Shown here: positions 43,052-53,089 of the stretch, in pieces
Position numbering within the stretch: the first letter of the stretch is position 1
How the letters are laid out: every line of letters begins with the position of its first letter
Assembly: GCA_902614655.1 (NCBI GenBank)
Contig: CACMLX010000004.1
Location: forward strand, 2,930 to 66,929
Direction: 5' to 3'
DNA: 64,000 bases
Origin: an uncultured Pelagibacteraceae bacterium
GTDB lineage: Bacteria; Pseudomonadota; Alphaproteobacteria; Pelagibacterales; AG-422-B15
Notes under the pieces: model-generated
Told to the model about the DNA's origin: nothing
Databases searched by the model: none
The model's input: the letters and a program-made list of their open reading frames with translations, nothing else
Made by a program: the position numbers and the translations under genes

Positions 43052-43387
43052 ATGAAAAAAATCGAAGCTGTCATAAAGCCATTTAAGATAGATGATGTAA
43101 AAGAAGCACTTGAAAAAGTTGGGGTGCGTGGGATCACCATATCTGAAGCCAAAGGCTTAGGAAGGCAAAGAGGTTTTACTGAAGTTAACACTGGTGTTGA
43201 ATATGGTGATTTTCTTCCGAAAATTAGATTAGAAATAATCTTACAAGATGATCTTGTCGATACGGCCGTCGAAGCGATTAGGGCTTCAGCAAACACAAAT
43301 CGTATTGGTGATGGTAAAATATTTGTTTCTAACATTGAAACAGTTATGAGAATTCGTACAGGAGAGACTGGTTCGGACGCATTATAA
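43052..43387 (+). CDS. glnB: PII nitrogen regulatory protein (divergent T-loop)
   Basis: KKIEAVIKPFK, GRQ, DFLPK, IGDGKIF, RIRTGE; upstream of glnA, divergent from nnr. Confidence 0.92.
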   Translation: MKKIEAVIKPFKIDDVKEALEKVGVRGITISEAKGLGRQRGFTEVNTGVEYGDFLPKIRLEIILQDDLVDTAVEAIRASANTNRIGDGKIFVSNIETVMRIRTGETGSDAL

Positions 43388-43408
43388 ACTTAATTCAGGG
43401 AGAAATTA

Positions 43409-44389
43409 ATGTCAGATATGAAAACTTATGAATACATATGGCTTGATGGTTATACACCAGAGCCTTTTATGAGAAGTAAAGTAAAAGCAACCGAAGAAAA
43501 ATCAGCACCAGACTGGTCATTTGATGGTTCTTCTACTCAACAAGCAGAAGGAGGAAGCTCAGACTGTCTTCTTCTACCTGTTCAAACTTATTCTAATCCA
43601 AATGGACACGATATAGTAATGACTCAGGTACAGGCTGCAGACCATACAACTCATCCATCAAACTTTAGAGCGGCAGCAGCGGAAGTTGTTACTGATGAAT
43701 GGTGGTTTGGTTTTGAACAAGAATTTTTTTTAACTGACGCTAAAACAGGTGAGCCACTTGGCTGGGAAGATGGTACGCCAAGAGAGCAAGGTGAATTTTA
43801 TTGTGGAGTTGGAGCTGGTAATGTTGTTGGTAGAGCAATATCAGATGCACATTTAAAAGCTTGTATTGATCTTGGGATTACACTTACTGGAACTAATGCA
43901 GAAGTTGCACTTGGCCAATGGGAATATCAATGCTTTGGAAAAGGTATTAAAGCGGCTGATGATTTATGGGTAAGCCGATATTTACTCATGAAAACTGCTG
44001 AGGAACACGGCGTTGGAGTGAACTTTCACCCAAAACCAAAAACTGGTGATTGGAACGGTTCTGGTATGCACACTAATTTTTCTAATGAACAAATGAGATC
44101 CTCTGGATCAGAAGAATTATTTACATCAATGTGCGACAAGCTTGGAAAGGTTCATGAAGAAGGTATTGCAGCTTATGGATCTGACAATAATATGAGGCTT
44201 ACTGGACTTCACGAGACACAAAGTATCGACAAATTTTCATATGGTGTAAGTGATAGAGGTGCTAGTATACGTATCCCAGTTTATACTGTTGAACATAATT
44301 GGAATGGGTATCTTGAAGATAGAAGGCCAGCATCGAATGCTGATCCATACAAAATTGTATCACATATAGTTGGGACTTTGACTAAATAA
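43409..44389 (+). CDS. glnII: Glutamine synthetase type II
   Basis: EYIWLDG, FDGSSTQQAEG, GFEQE, NAEVALGQWEYQ, DWNGSGMHTNFS, RLTGLHET, DRGASIR, LEDRRPASNADPY. Confidence 0.93.
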   Translation: MSDMKTYEYIWLDGYTPEPFMRSKVKATEEKSAPDWSFDGSSTQQAEGGSSDCLLLPVQTYSNPNGHDIVMTQVQAADHTTHPSNFRAAAAEVVTDEWWFGFEQEFFLTDAKTGEPLGWEDGTPREQGEFYCGVGAGNVVGRAISDAHLKACIDLGITLTGTNAEVALGQWEYQCFGKGIKAADDLWVSRYLLMKTAEEHGVGVNFHPKPKTGDWNGSGMHTNFSNEQMRSSGSEELFTSMCDKLGKVHEEGIAAYGSDNNMRLTGLHETQSIDKFSYGVSDRGASIRIPVYTVEHNWNGYLEDRRPASNADPYKIVSHIVGTLTK

Positions 44390-44409
44390 ATCCATAATTA
44401 GGGGATCAT

Positions 44410-45819
44410 ATGGGTACTGCCAACGACGTACTAAAAAAATTTAAAAATGGTGAAGTCAAGTATCTCGATATGAGATTTACTGATCCAAAAGGCAAACTTC
44501 AACATTTAACGATGGACGGTACAGCAGTAGACGATGATCTCCTAAACAGCGGAGTCTTCTTTGATGGATCCTCTATATCTGGCTGGAAAGCTATAAATGA
44601 ATCAGACATGGTACTTAAGCCTGATCTGTCCACAACAGTGATGGATCCTTTTACTGCTCAACCAACTTTAATTGTATTTTGCGATGTTCTTGATGCAGTG
44701 TCAAAGGAACCATATGAGAGAGATCCAAGAGGAACTGCAAGAAAAGCAGAAGAGTATGTCAAAGCAAGTGGAATTGGCGATACTATATATATGGGTCCAG
44801 AAGCAGAATTTTTTATATTTGATGATGTTAAGTTTCAAGTTGATATGAACAAATCAATGTTTGAAATTGATAGTACTGAAGGTCCATATAATTCCGGACG
44901 CTCTTATGAAAGTGGCAACTTAGCACACAGACCAGGTGTTAAAGGTGGATATTTTCCTGTGCCACCCGTTGATAGCGCTCAAGATATAAGAACAGAATTT
45001 CTTGAAGAATTAAAAAATTTAGGACTTAAGATGGAAAAACATCATCATGAAGTTGCTCCAAGTCAACATGAATTAGGACTGAAGTTTGATACTTTACTTA
45101 AACAGGGCGATGCTATGCAGCTTTATAAGTATGGTGTACACATGGTCGCTAATGCATTTGGTAAAACTGCTACATTCATGCCTAAACCAGTTAAAGGTGA
45201 TAATGGAACTGGAATGCATACACACCAATCCATATGGAAAAGTGGCAAACCTCTATTTGCAGGAGATAAATATGCAGGCTTATCCGAGATGGCATTGCAC
45301 TACATTGGTGGGATCATAAAACATGGAAGGGCACTCAACGCGTTTACGAATGCTAGCACAAACAGTTATAAGAGACTGATACCAGGGTTTGAGGCTCCTG
45401 TAATACTTGTATACTCAGCAAGAAACAGATCTGCCTCATGTCGGATACCTGTTTCAGATAATCCAAAAGGAAAAAGAGTTGAAGTAAGGTTTCCAGATCC
45501 CTCAGCAAATCCTTATTTGGCATTTTCAGCAATGCTAATGGCGGGGATGGACGGTATAAAAAATAAAATTGATCCAGGAAATGCTGCTGATGAAGATCTT
45601 TATGAATTACCAGAGGCAGAGGTTAAAAAATTGCCAACTGTTTGTGGCTCTCTTAGAGAGGCACTTGAGGCGGTTGACGAAGATAGAGCTTTTTTAACTG
45701 AAGGTGGAGTTTTTACTGATGACCAAATTGATGCATATATAGACCTGAAAATGGAAGATGTATATGATCTAGAACATTCTCCTCATCCTATTGAATACAA
45801 AAACTATTTTAGTGTGTGA
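44410..45819 (+). CDS. glnA: Glutamine synthetase type I
   Basis: FDGSSI, GPEAEFF, HHHEVA, TFMPKP, RNRSA, EVRFPD; adenylylation Tyr in DLYELP retained. Confidence 0.97.
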   Translation: MGTANDVLKKFKNGEVKYLDMRFTDPKGKLQHLTMDGTAVDDDLLNSGVFFDGSSISGWKAINESDMVLKPDLSTTVMDPFTAQPTLIVFCDVLDAVSKEPYERDPRGTARKAEEYVKASGIGDTIYMGPEAEFFIFDDVKFQVDMNKSMFEIDSTEGPYNSGRSYESGNLAHRPGVKGGYFPVPPVDSAQDIRTEFLEELKNLGLKMEKHHHEVAPSQHELGLKFDTLLKQGDAMQLYKYGVHMVANAFGKTATFMPKPVKGDNGTGMHTHQSIWKSGKPLFAGDKYAGLSEMALHYIGGIIKHGRALNAFTNASTNSYKRLIPGFEAPVILVYSARNRSASCRIPVSDNPKGKRVEVRFPDPSANPYLAFSAMLMAGMDGIKNKIDPGNAADEDLYELPEAEVKKLPTVCGSLREALEAVDEDRAFLTEGGVFTDDQIDAYIDLKMEDVYDLEHSPHPIEYKNYFSV

Positions 45820-45875
45820 CTATTAGTTGAATTCTAAAGGGTGACCTTTTCAAATAAAATGCTATATATATTAAA

Positions 45876-47051
45876 ATGGAATTAACAACAGAACACGAAG
45901 AATTAAAGAGATCAGCTCTTAAATTCGTTGAAGATGAAATTAACCCTTATGTTGACGAGTGGGAAGAAAATGAAATTTTTCCAGCTCATGAGCTATTCAA
46001 AAAATTAGGTGATCAAGGATTTCTTGGAGTAACTAAACCTGAAAAATACGGTGGATCTGGATTAGACTATTCATACGGAGCAGTTCTCAATGAGGCATTG
46101 GCGCATATTAAATGTGGCGGTGTTCCAATGGCTATTGGTGTACAAACAGATATGTCAACTCCGGCATTGGCGCGCTTCGGCAGTGAAGAGATATGCAATG
46201 AATTTTTAAAACCGTCTATTACTGGAGATCTTGTTTCTTGCCTTGGTGTTTCTGAACCAAGTGCTGGTTCTGATGTGGCTGCTATTAAAACTCATGCAGT
46301 TAAGGATGGTGATGATTATGTAATCAATGGATCAAAGATGTGGATTACAAATGGCACTCAAGCAGACTGGATGTGTATGCTTGCAAATACTGAAACTGAC
46401 AATAAGAATAAACATTTAAATAAATCTCTTATATGTGTGCCCCTCAAGGAAGATGGCAAAAGGGCAAAAGGTGTCACAATTAATCGTAAACTAAAAAAAA
46501 TGGGTATGCATTCGTCTGATACTGCTGAAATATTTTTTGATGATGTAAGAGTGCCACAAAAAAATTTAGTTGGAGAAGAAGGTAAAGGCTTTATTTATCA
46601 AATGATGCAATTTCAAGAGGAAAGACTTTATGCAGCTATTGCTGGCTATACTGGCTGTGAATTAGCTATTAATGAAACTATTAATTATACAAGACAAAGA
46701 AAAACATTTGGCAAGCCAATTCTAGATAATCAGATTGTTCATTATAAACTTTCTGAGCTTATGACGGAAGTTGAAGCTCTAAAGGCTCTTACATGGAAAG
46801 GAATTGAGATACATGTAAATGGTGGTGATTGTACAAAGCTAGCTTCAATGTCAAAGCTAAAGGCGACACGACTTTCTAGAAAAGTTAATGATGAGTGCTT
46901 ACAATATTGGGGTGGAATGGGTTATATGAATGAGTCACCTATTTCAAGAGCATATAGAGATGGACGTTTAGGTTCAATTGGCGGCGGATCAGATGAAGTA
47001 ATGCTAGGCATTATTTCAAAATATCTCGACATTCTTCCAGGAAAAAATTAA
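45876..47051 (+). CDS. Acyl-CoA dehydrogenase (citronellyl-CoA dehydrogenase AtuD-like)
   Basis: CGGVPMAIGVQTDM, GVSEPSAGSDVA, KMWITNG, QFQEERL, SIGGGSDE. Confidence 0.85.
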   Translation: MELTTEHEELKRSALKFVEDEINPYVDEWEENEIFPAHELFKKLGDQGFLGVTKPEKYGGSGLDYSYGAVLNEALAHIKCGGVPMAIGVQTDMSTPALARFGSEEICNEFLKPSITGDLVSCLGVSEPSAGSDVAAIKTHAVKDGDDYVINGSKMWITNGTQADWMCMLANTETDNKNKHLNKSLICVPLKEDGKRAKGVTINRKLKKMGMHSSDTAEIFFDDVRVPQKNLVGEEGKGFIYQMMQFQEERLYAAIAGYTGCELAINETINYTRQRKTFGKPILDNQIVHYKLSELMTEVEALKALTWKGIEIHVNGGDCTKLASMSKLKATRLSRKVNDECLQYWGGMGYMNESPISRAYRDGRLGSIGGGSDEVMLGIISKYLDILPGKN

Positions 47052-48689
47052 TTACATTCTTGCAACGCCGAAAGTGTTTGGCTTTAATTCTCTTTTATCG
47101 CCATCACTGATGATGTTTAAGCATTCACCTAAAATCTTTCTTGTATCTTTTGGATCAATTATTCCATCATCCCATAATCTCGCTGAGCAAAATATTGCTT
47201 CACCTTCCTCCCGGTACTGATCAATTATTTTCTGCTTCATACCTTCAAGCATTTCAAGGTTCTCTCCGTAAATTTTTTTGGGGTCTTGACCTTTTCGTTC
47301 GGCACCTTCAAGAGCTACTTGAGCCATTGTTCTAGCAGCCTGTTCCCCTCCCATTACACTCATTTTTGCATTTGGCCATGAGAACAAAAATCGAGGATCA
47401 TAAGATCTTCCCGCCATTCCATATTCTCCCGCACCAAAAGAGGCTCCAATCCTAAGTGTTATTTTAGGAACGGTGCAATTAGTAACCGCCTGTATCATCT
47501 TTGATCCGTGTCTTATCATTCCTTTTGCTTCCTCTTTAGTTCCCACCATAAAACCAGTTATATTTTGAAGAAAAATTAGCGGCGTATTTGATTGAGAACA
47601 AATTTGTATAAATTGAGTAGCTTTATTTGCACTCTCAGAAAATATCGGTCCATTGTTCCCTAAAATTCCAACTTTATAACCTTGAATAGTTGCATGTCCT
47701 GTTATGAGGGTTTTACCCCAGCCTTCTTTAAACTCTAAAAAATCAGAACCATCAACAATTCTTGCAATCACTTCCCGACAATCATACGGGGTTTTATAAT
47801 CAACTGGAACAACTCCTGTTAACTCATCAGGTGAATAAACGGGCTCATCATACTCAGACTTTTGAGTAGAAATAAAATCATTATTCCATCCAATATTCTT
47901 CATGACATCTCTTGCAATCTCGATTGCATGTGCATCATCGTTTGCCATATATTCAGCAAGTCCGGAAACTGCAAAATGTAAATCTGCTCCACCAATTTCT
48001 TCGTCAGTAGCAATCTCGCCAAGTGAAGCTCTTAATAAAGGAGGACCAGCTAAAAATATTTTTGATCTTTCTTTAACTACAATTATATAGTCTGATAAGC
48101 CTGTCTGGTAAGCGCCACCTGCAGTTGATGAACCGTGAACTACGCCAATAGTCGGAATTCCCATTGCTGACATTTTAGAAAGATTGGCAAAACTTCTACC
48201 GCCTTTAATAAACATATCGGTTTGTCTCAGTAGATTTGCACCAGCACTCTCTATTAACTGAATAAAAGGTAATTTATTTTCAAAAATTATTTGAGCGCCT
48301 CTTAACGCCTTTTCAGTGCCCATCGCAGATGCACTTCCCCCTTTAATGCCCGCATCTGAAACACCAATCATGCAACGAACGCCTGCAACATAACCGATGC
48401 CACTAATAGAGTTTCCCCATCCAATATTTTTATCGCCATCATCATCACCAATTTTGTATCCAGCAAGGGTGGATAACGGAAGCCAAAAACTACCTGGGTC
48501 TAATAGTCTTTTTAATCTTTCACGAGGCAGTAACTGTCCTCTTTTATCAAACTTAGCCTTAGACCTAGCGGAATTATCAGCTATTTTTTGTTCTAAAGTT
48601 CTAATCTCATCAATAAGTTTTTGATGGTCCTCTTGATTTTTTTTGAAGGACTCTGAATTAATCATTATTTTTGATTCAATAACTGGCAT
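47052..48689 (-). CDS. Acyl-CoA carboxylase carboxyltransferase subunit (geranyl-CoA carboxylase AtuC-like)
   Basis: RGQLLPRER, ESAGANL, HGSSTAGGAY, FLAGPPL, NITGFMVG, FGVARM. Confidence 0.85.
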   Translation of the reverse strand: MPVIESKIMINSESFKKNQEDHQKLIDEIRTLEQKIADNSARSKAKFDKRGQLLPRERLKRLLDPGSFWLPLSTLAGYKIGDDDGDKNIGWGNSISGIGYVAGVRCMIGVSDAGIKGGSASAMGTEKALRGAQIIFENKLPFIQLIESAGANLLRQTDMFIKGGRSFANLSKMSAMGIPTIGVVHGSSTAGGAYQTGLSDYIIVVKERSKIFLAGPPLLRASLGEIATDEEIGGADLHFAVSGLAEYMANDDAHAIEIARDVMKNIGWNNDFISTQKSEYDEPVYSPDELTGVVPVDYKTPYDCREVIARIVDGSDFLEFKEGWGKTLITGHATIQGYKVGILGNNGPIFSESANKATQFIQICSQSNTPLIFLQNITGFMVGTKEEAKGMIRHGSKMIQAVTNCTVPKITLRIGASFGAGEYGMAGRSYDPRFLFSWPNAKMSVMGGEQAARTMAQVALEGAERKGQDPKKIYGENLEMLEGMKQKIIDQYREEGEAIFCSARLWDDGIIDPKDTRKILGECLNIISDGDKRELKPNTFGVARM

Positions 48690-48773
48690 ACTAAAATCCT
48701 AATAAATTCATGTTGTTAGAGTAAATAAATATTACACAAAGTAAAGAATCTATTATTAGTTGTATTGTTTGTT

Positions 48774-50771
48774 ATGAGAAAGAAACCAAAGAGAAATAAA
48801 TCAATAAAAAAGAAGAGTTCATCCAAAAAGACAATAAAAAATTCAAACTCATCTTACACCGCAAAAGATATTGAAGTCCTTGAAGGCTTAGAGCCGGTTA
48901 GAAAGCGACCTGGAATGTACATTGGGGGCACAGATATTATGGCAATGCATCACCTTGTAAGCGAAGTACTTGATAACTCAATGGATGAAGTTGTTGCTGG
49001 TTTTGCAAATAAGGTGGAAATTAAGCTTATTTCTCAGGACACCATTGAAATCTCTGATAATGGGCGAGGTATTCCTGTTGATAAGCATCCAAAATTTAAA
49101 ATACCTGCAGTTGAAGTCATTATGACAACACTACATTCTGGGGGCAAGTTTTCAAAAAATAATTACAAAACTTCTGGCGGTTTGCATGGTGTTGGAATTT
49201 CTGTAGTAAACGCGCTATCTAAAAAACTTACTCTTGAAATTGCAAGAGATAAAAAATATTTTGTACAAACTTATAGTCAAGGTTCTCCTAAAAATAAATT
49301 AAAAGCATCCGCAAAAGGTCCTCTTAAAAAGGGTACAAAAATAGTATTTTCACCAGACACAGAAATTTTTGGCAAAGAAATAGAATTTGATGCTTCAATT
49401 ATATATAATATGGCAAAAGCTAAAGCCTATCTTATACCAGATGTTGAAATTCATTGGTCATGCAGTAAGGCAACCGCCAAAAAAAATATTCCATTATCAG
49501 ATAAACTACATTTCTCCGATGGAATAAAAGATTATTTAAATAACCTTTGCACGCCCAATGACCCCATTTTTGAAGATCCATTTTATTTCAACACAGAGAC
49601 AGATGTTGATAGCGGTAAAATTGAGGGAATTATAAATTGGTTTGATGCGATGGAACCTATAAATGAGTCTTATTGTAACACTATTAAAACCCCACTGGGG
49701 GGTACTCATGAAAGTGGGTTCAAGTCAGGCATTTATAAGGCATTTAAAGACTTTTCAAAAATTAAATACGAAAAGAAATCATCTCAAATTAATCAAGAAG
49801 ATCTCTTTGGTTCATCTGGATCAATCTTATCTGCTTTCATAGAAAACCCTGAGTTTCAAGGTCAGACAAAAGAAAAGTTATCAAGTATAGAGCCTGGTCG
49901 TAAGATTGAAATGAAAGCACGACAACTATTTGAACAATGGCTTGCAAAAAAAACTAGGTCGGCAGAAGAATTATTTCAATATGCATTCAATCGATCACAG
50001 TTAAGACTGCAAAGCAAATCAAATCAAATCATAGAAAAAAATATAAAAAGAAAAAAAACAACCTTACCAGGTAAACTTGCTGATTGTTCAATTGATGGAA
50101 ATAAAGGAACTGAAATTTTTCTTGTTGAAGGAGACTCGGCTGGTGGATCAGCAAAACAAGCTAGAGATCGCCAAACACAGGCCATATTGCCTTTAAGGGG
50201 TAAGATTTTAAATGTGATCAGCGCTGGAAGAGATAAAATAAATGCAAACCAGGAAATTACTGATTTAATACAGGCTATTGGATGTAAGCGTGGAGATAAA
50301 TTTAATAGCAAGGATATTAGATACGAAAAAATTATAATCATGACTGATGCCGATGTTGATGGAGCTCATATATCTACCTTATTAATGGCGTTTTTCTATA
50401 AAGAGTTTCCAAAGCTTATCGATGATGGACATCTATACCTATCTGTGCCTCCTTTATACAAGATATCTAAGGGTGCAAAAACATATTATGCTATAAATGA
50501 TAAACACAAAGATGATATAATAAAAAAGGAATTTAAAAATTCAGACGTTACGATTAATAGGTTTAAAGGATTGGGTGAAATGATGCCCGCTCAATTGAAA
50601 GAAACAACTATGTCACAAGAAAACAGAACCTTATTAAAAGTTCAAATAGCCTCAAAAGATAAAAAGAAAACTCATAAATCTGTAGACTCACTTATGGGAA
50701 AGAAACCAGAGTTAAGATTCAAATTTATTACAGAAAAATCTAAAAATGTAATACTTTCAGAAATTATCTAA
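48774..50771 (+). CDS. parE: DNA topoisomerase IV subunit B
   Basis: EGLEPVRKRPGMYIGGTD, EVLDNSMDE, EGDSAGG, PLRGKILN, DADVDG, RFKGLGEM; lacks the GyrB insert. Confidence 0.9.
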   Translation: MRKKPKRNKSIKKKSSSKKTIKNSNSSYTAKDIEVLEGLEPVRKRPGMYIGGTDIMAMHHLVSEVLDNSMDEVVAGFANKVEIKLISQDTIEISDNGRGIPVDKHPKFKIPAVEVIMTTLHSGGKFSKNNYKTSGGLHGVGISVVNALSKKLTLEIARDKKYFVQTYSQGSPKNKLKASAKGPLKKGTKIVFSPDTEIFGKEIEFDASIIYNMAKAKAYLIPDVEIHWSCSKATAKKNIPLSDKLHFSDGIKDYLNNLCTPNDPIFEDPFYFNTETDVDSGKIEGIINWFDAMEPINESYCNTIKTPLGGTHESGFKSGIYKAFKDFSKIKYEKKSSQINQEDLFGSSGSILSAFIENPEFQGQTKEKLSSIEPGRKIEMKARQLFEQWLAKKTRSAEELFQYAFNRSQLRLQSKSNQIIEKNIKRKKTTLPGKLADCSIDGNKGTEIFLVEGDSAGGSAKQARDRQTQAILPLRGKILNVISAGRDKINANQEITDLIQAIGCKRGDKFNSKDIRYEKIIIMTDADVDGAHISTLLMAFFYKEFPKLIDDGHLYLSVPPLYKISKGAKTYYAINDKHKDDIIKKEFKNSDVTINRFKGLGEMMPAQLKETTMSQENRTLLKVQIASKDKKKTHKSVDSLMGKKPELRFKFITEKSKNVILSEII

Positions 50772-52224
50772 TCATTCTAGTTATGTTTTTTTCTGTCTTC
50801 TCATCGTAAGGAGGGAAAATAAGTTTTGTGGCATCTAAAAGATTGGAGCCTTTGAAAAAAGATCTTTTATGACTAAAGTTCTTAAATCCATCTTTTCCTC
50901 TATACGAACCCGAACCACTAGATCCAACCCCTCCAAAAGGGAGGTTGTATTGTGCTGTTTGAAATATTGTATCATTTACCACTAATGAACCAGAAGATGT
51001 TTTATCAAGCAGAGTATTGATCTCATTTTCATCTGATCCAAAGTAATACATTGCAAGAGGTTTCTGCTTCTTATTGATGTATTCTACAGTTTCATTGAAA
51101 TCTTTATAAGGTTTAATCGGCATTACAGGTCCAAAGATTTCATTTTTCATGATTTCCATATCGTCATTAACATTCAATACAAAAGTTGGCGGAATTTTGT
51201 GGTGTTCTTGCTGTGAAAAATCTTCATTCGCAGGATTAATTTCAATTATTTCAGCACCTTTAGATCTTGCGTCCTCAATATAACTCTTTACTCTTTCATA
51301 ATGAGATTGGTGAACTAAAGAAGTGTAGTCGGGATTATTTTTAATTGTTGGAAATTTTTCTGATATGAAGTTTCTTGAGGTTTCAATAAATTGCTCTACT
51401 TTTTGCTCTGGTATAAAACTATAATCAGGTGAAACACAAATTTGGCCTCCGTTTAATAATTTACCAAAAAGAATTTTATTAACACTTTTATCAATGCTTG
51501 CTCCGTTACTCAAAATTGTTGGTGATTTACCCCCTAGTTCTAAAGTTAAAGGAACAAGATTTTTTGCTGCTTCGCTTGATACTTTTCGAGCTATATCTGT
51601 CGAACCAGTATATATTAAATGATCAAATGGCAACTTTGTAAAATCAATTGAAGTTTGCATTCCCCCATTTACTACCACGACTTCACTTTCGTCAAATTTT
51701 TCACATATTAATTCTTCTAATAATCTACTCGTGGATGGAACAAATTCTGAAAGCTTAATCATGCCAGCATTACCTGCTGAAAAAGCATCTACGAGAGGTC
51801 CTATACTTAGATTAACTGGAAAGTTCCATGGAGATATAATTCCAACTACCCCATAAGGCTGATAATGAACTTTAGCTTTAGCTCCTAGTAAGTTAAGTGG
51901 AAAATTTGCGCTTCTTTTTTCCGGACCTATCCAAGAAGATAAATTCTTATAAGAATGGTTTGCAAATGATAAAGTGCTTCTCACGTCTGCCATTAAGCTT
52001 AATTGTTTGTGTCTAGTTCCAAAATCACTTTGAATAGCGTCTCCAAGTGCATCTGCATTATTTTCGACTATATCAATTAGCTTTTTTAATCTCTCTTTTC
52101 TCTCAGTTAACTTAGGAATATTACCTTCAATATACCTGGTCTTTAATTTATTGAGCTTTACTGATAAGTCATCATAAGAAATATCATCAAATATACTGTC
52201 AGTATTTATTCCACCTAAACCCAT
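50764..52224 (-). CDS. Coniferyl/fatty aldehyde dehydrogenase (CalB-like)
   Basis: PWNFP, FDHLIYTGS, LELGGKSP, GQICV, EIFGP, PFGGVG. Confidence 0.85.
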   Translation of the reverse strand: MGLGGINTDSIFDDISYDDLSVKLNKLKTRYIEGNIPKLTERKERLKKLIDIVENNADALGDAIQSDFGTRHKQLSLMADVRSTLSFANHSYKNLSSWIGPEKRSANFPLNLLGAKAKVHYQPYGVVGIISPWNFPVNLSIGPLVDAFSAGNAGMIKLSEFVPSTSRLLEELICEKFDESEVVVVNGGMQTSIDFTKLPFDHLIYTGSTDIARKVSSEAAKNLVPLTLELGGKSPTILSNGASIDKSVNKILFGKLLNGGQICVSPDYSFIPEQKVEQFIETSRNFISEKFPTIKNNPDYTSLVHQSHYERVKSYIEDARSKGAEIIEINPANEDFSQQEHHKIPPTFVLNVNDDMEIMKNEIFGPVMPIKPYKDFNETVEYINKKQKPLAMYYFGSDENEINTLLDKTSSGSLVVNDTIFQTAQYNLPFGGVGSSGSGSYRGKDGFKNFSHKRSFFKGSNLLDATKLIFPPYDEKTEKNITRMIR

Positions 52225-52303
52225 TTTCTCACCCTCATATATTGTTTAATGATTATAAAAATATACCTTTTTTATATATTTTAAAGGTATAATAATAGGA
52301 ATT

Positions 52304-53089
52304 ATGTCAGAAGCAGTCAAATGTGAAATAACTGAAGATGTCGCAGTTTTAACGCTCAATGATCCAAGTAAACTCAATGCGTTATCTAAAAAAATGATTT
52401 CTGAGCTACATGGATACATCAAAAAAATTATTAATGGCGAGTTAAAAGTGAGGTGTCTGGTTATTACTGGGGAAGGAAGAGGATTTTGCGCAGGAGCTAA
52501 TTTAGTCGAGGGAGCAGGATTAGGTGCTGATGTTAATCCGGGCGAGGAATTAGAAAAAGTATATCATCCTTTCTTAATTGATTTAAAAAATATTCCTATT
52601 CCTCTAATTACCGCAGTTAACGGAGTAGCTGCAGGTGCAGGATGTTCTATAGGAGTATTTGGTGATTTAGTATACGCATCAAAATCAGCATACTTCTACC
52701 AGGCATTTAAGTTCATAGGATTAGTACCTGACGCAAGTTCTACATATGTAATTCCCAGAAAAATTGGAATGGCGAAAGCAATGGAATTTTCATTAATAGG
52801 AGAAAAAGTGAGTGCTGAGAAAGCCCTTGAATGGGGACTTATAAATTATGTAGTAGATGACGATAAACTAATGGATACAGCTATAGAAACTGCTAAAACT
52901 CTTGCCTCTGGACCAACAGTGGCCTTGAAATTAATTAAACAATTATATTGGGATACCTTTTCAAACAATTTTGAAGGTCAACTTTCTGCTGAAAGCTCAG
53001 CACAAACCATTGCTGGCAAAACTGAGGATAGTAAAATTGGAGTAATGTCGTTCATTCAAAAGAAAAAAGCTGAATTCAAAGGTAAGTAA
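52304..53089 (+). CDS. Enoyl-CoA hydratase/isomerase (PaaG-like)
   Basis: GRGFCAGANL, AVNGVAAGAG, IGLVPDA. Confidence 0.87.
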   Translation: MSEAVKCEITEDVAVLTLNDPSKLNALSKKMISELHGYIKKIINGELKVRCLVITGEGRGFCAGANLVEGAGLGADVNPGEELEKVYHPFLIDLKNIPIPLITAVNGVAAGAGCSIGVFGDLVYASKSAYFYQAFKFIGLVPDASSTYVIPRKIGMAKAMEFSLIGEKVSAEKALEWGLINYVVDDDKLMDTAIETAKTLASGPTVALKLIKQLYWDTFSNNFEGQLSAESSAQTIAGKTEDSKIGVMSFIQKKKAEFKGK

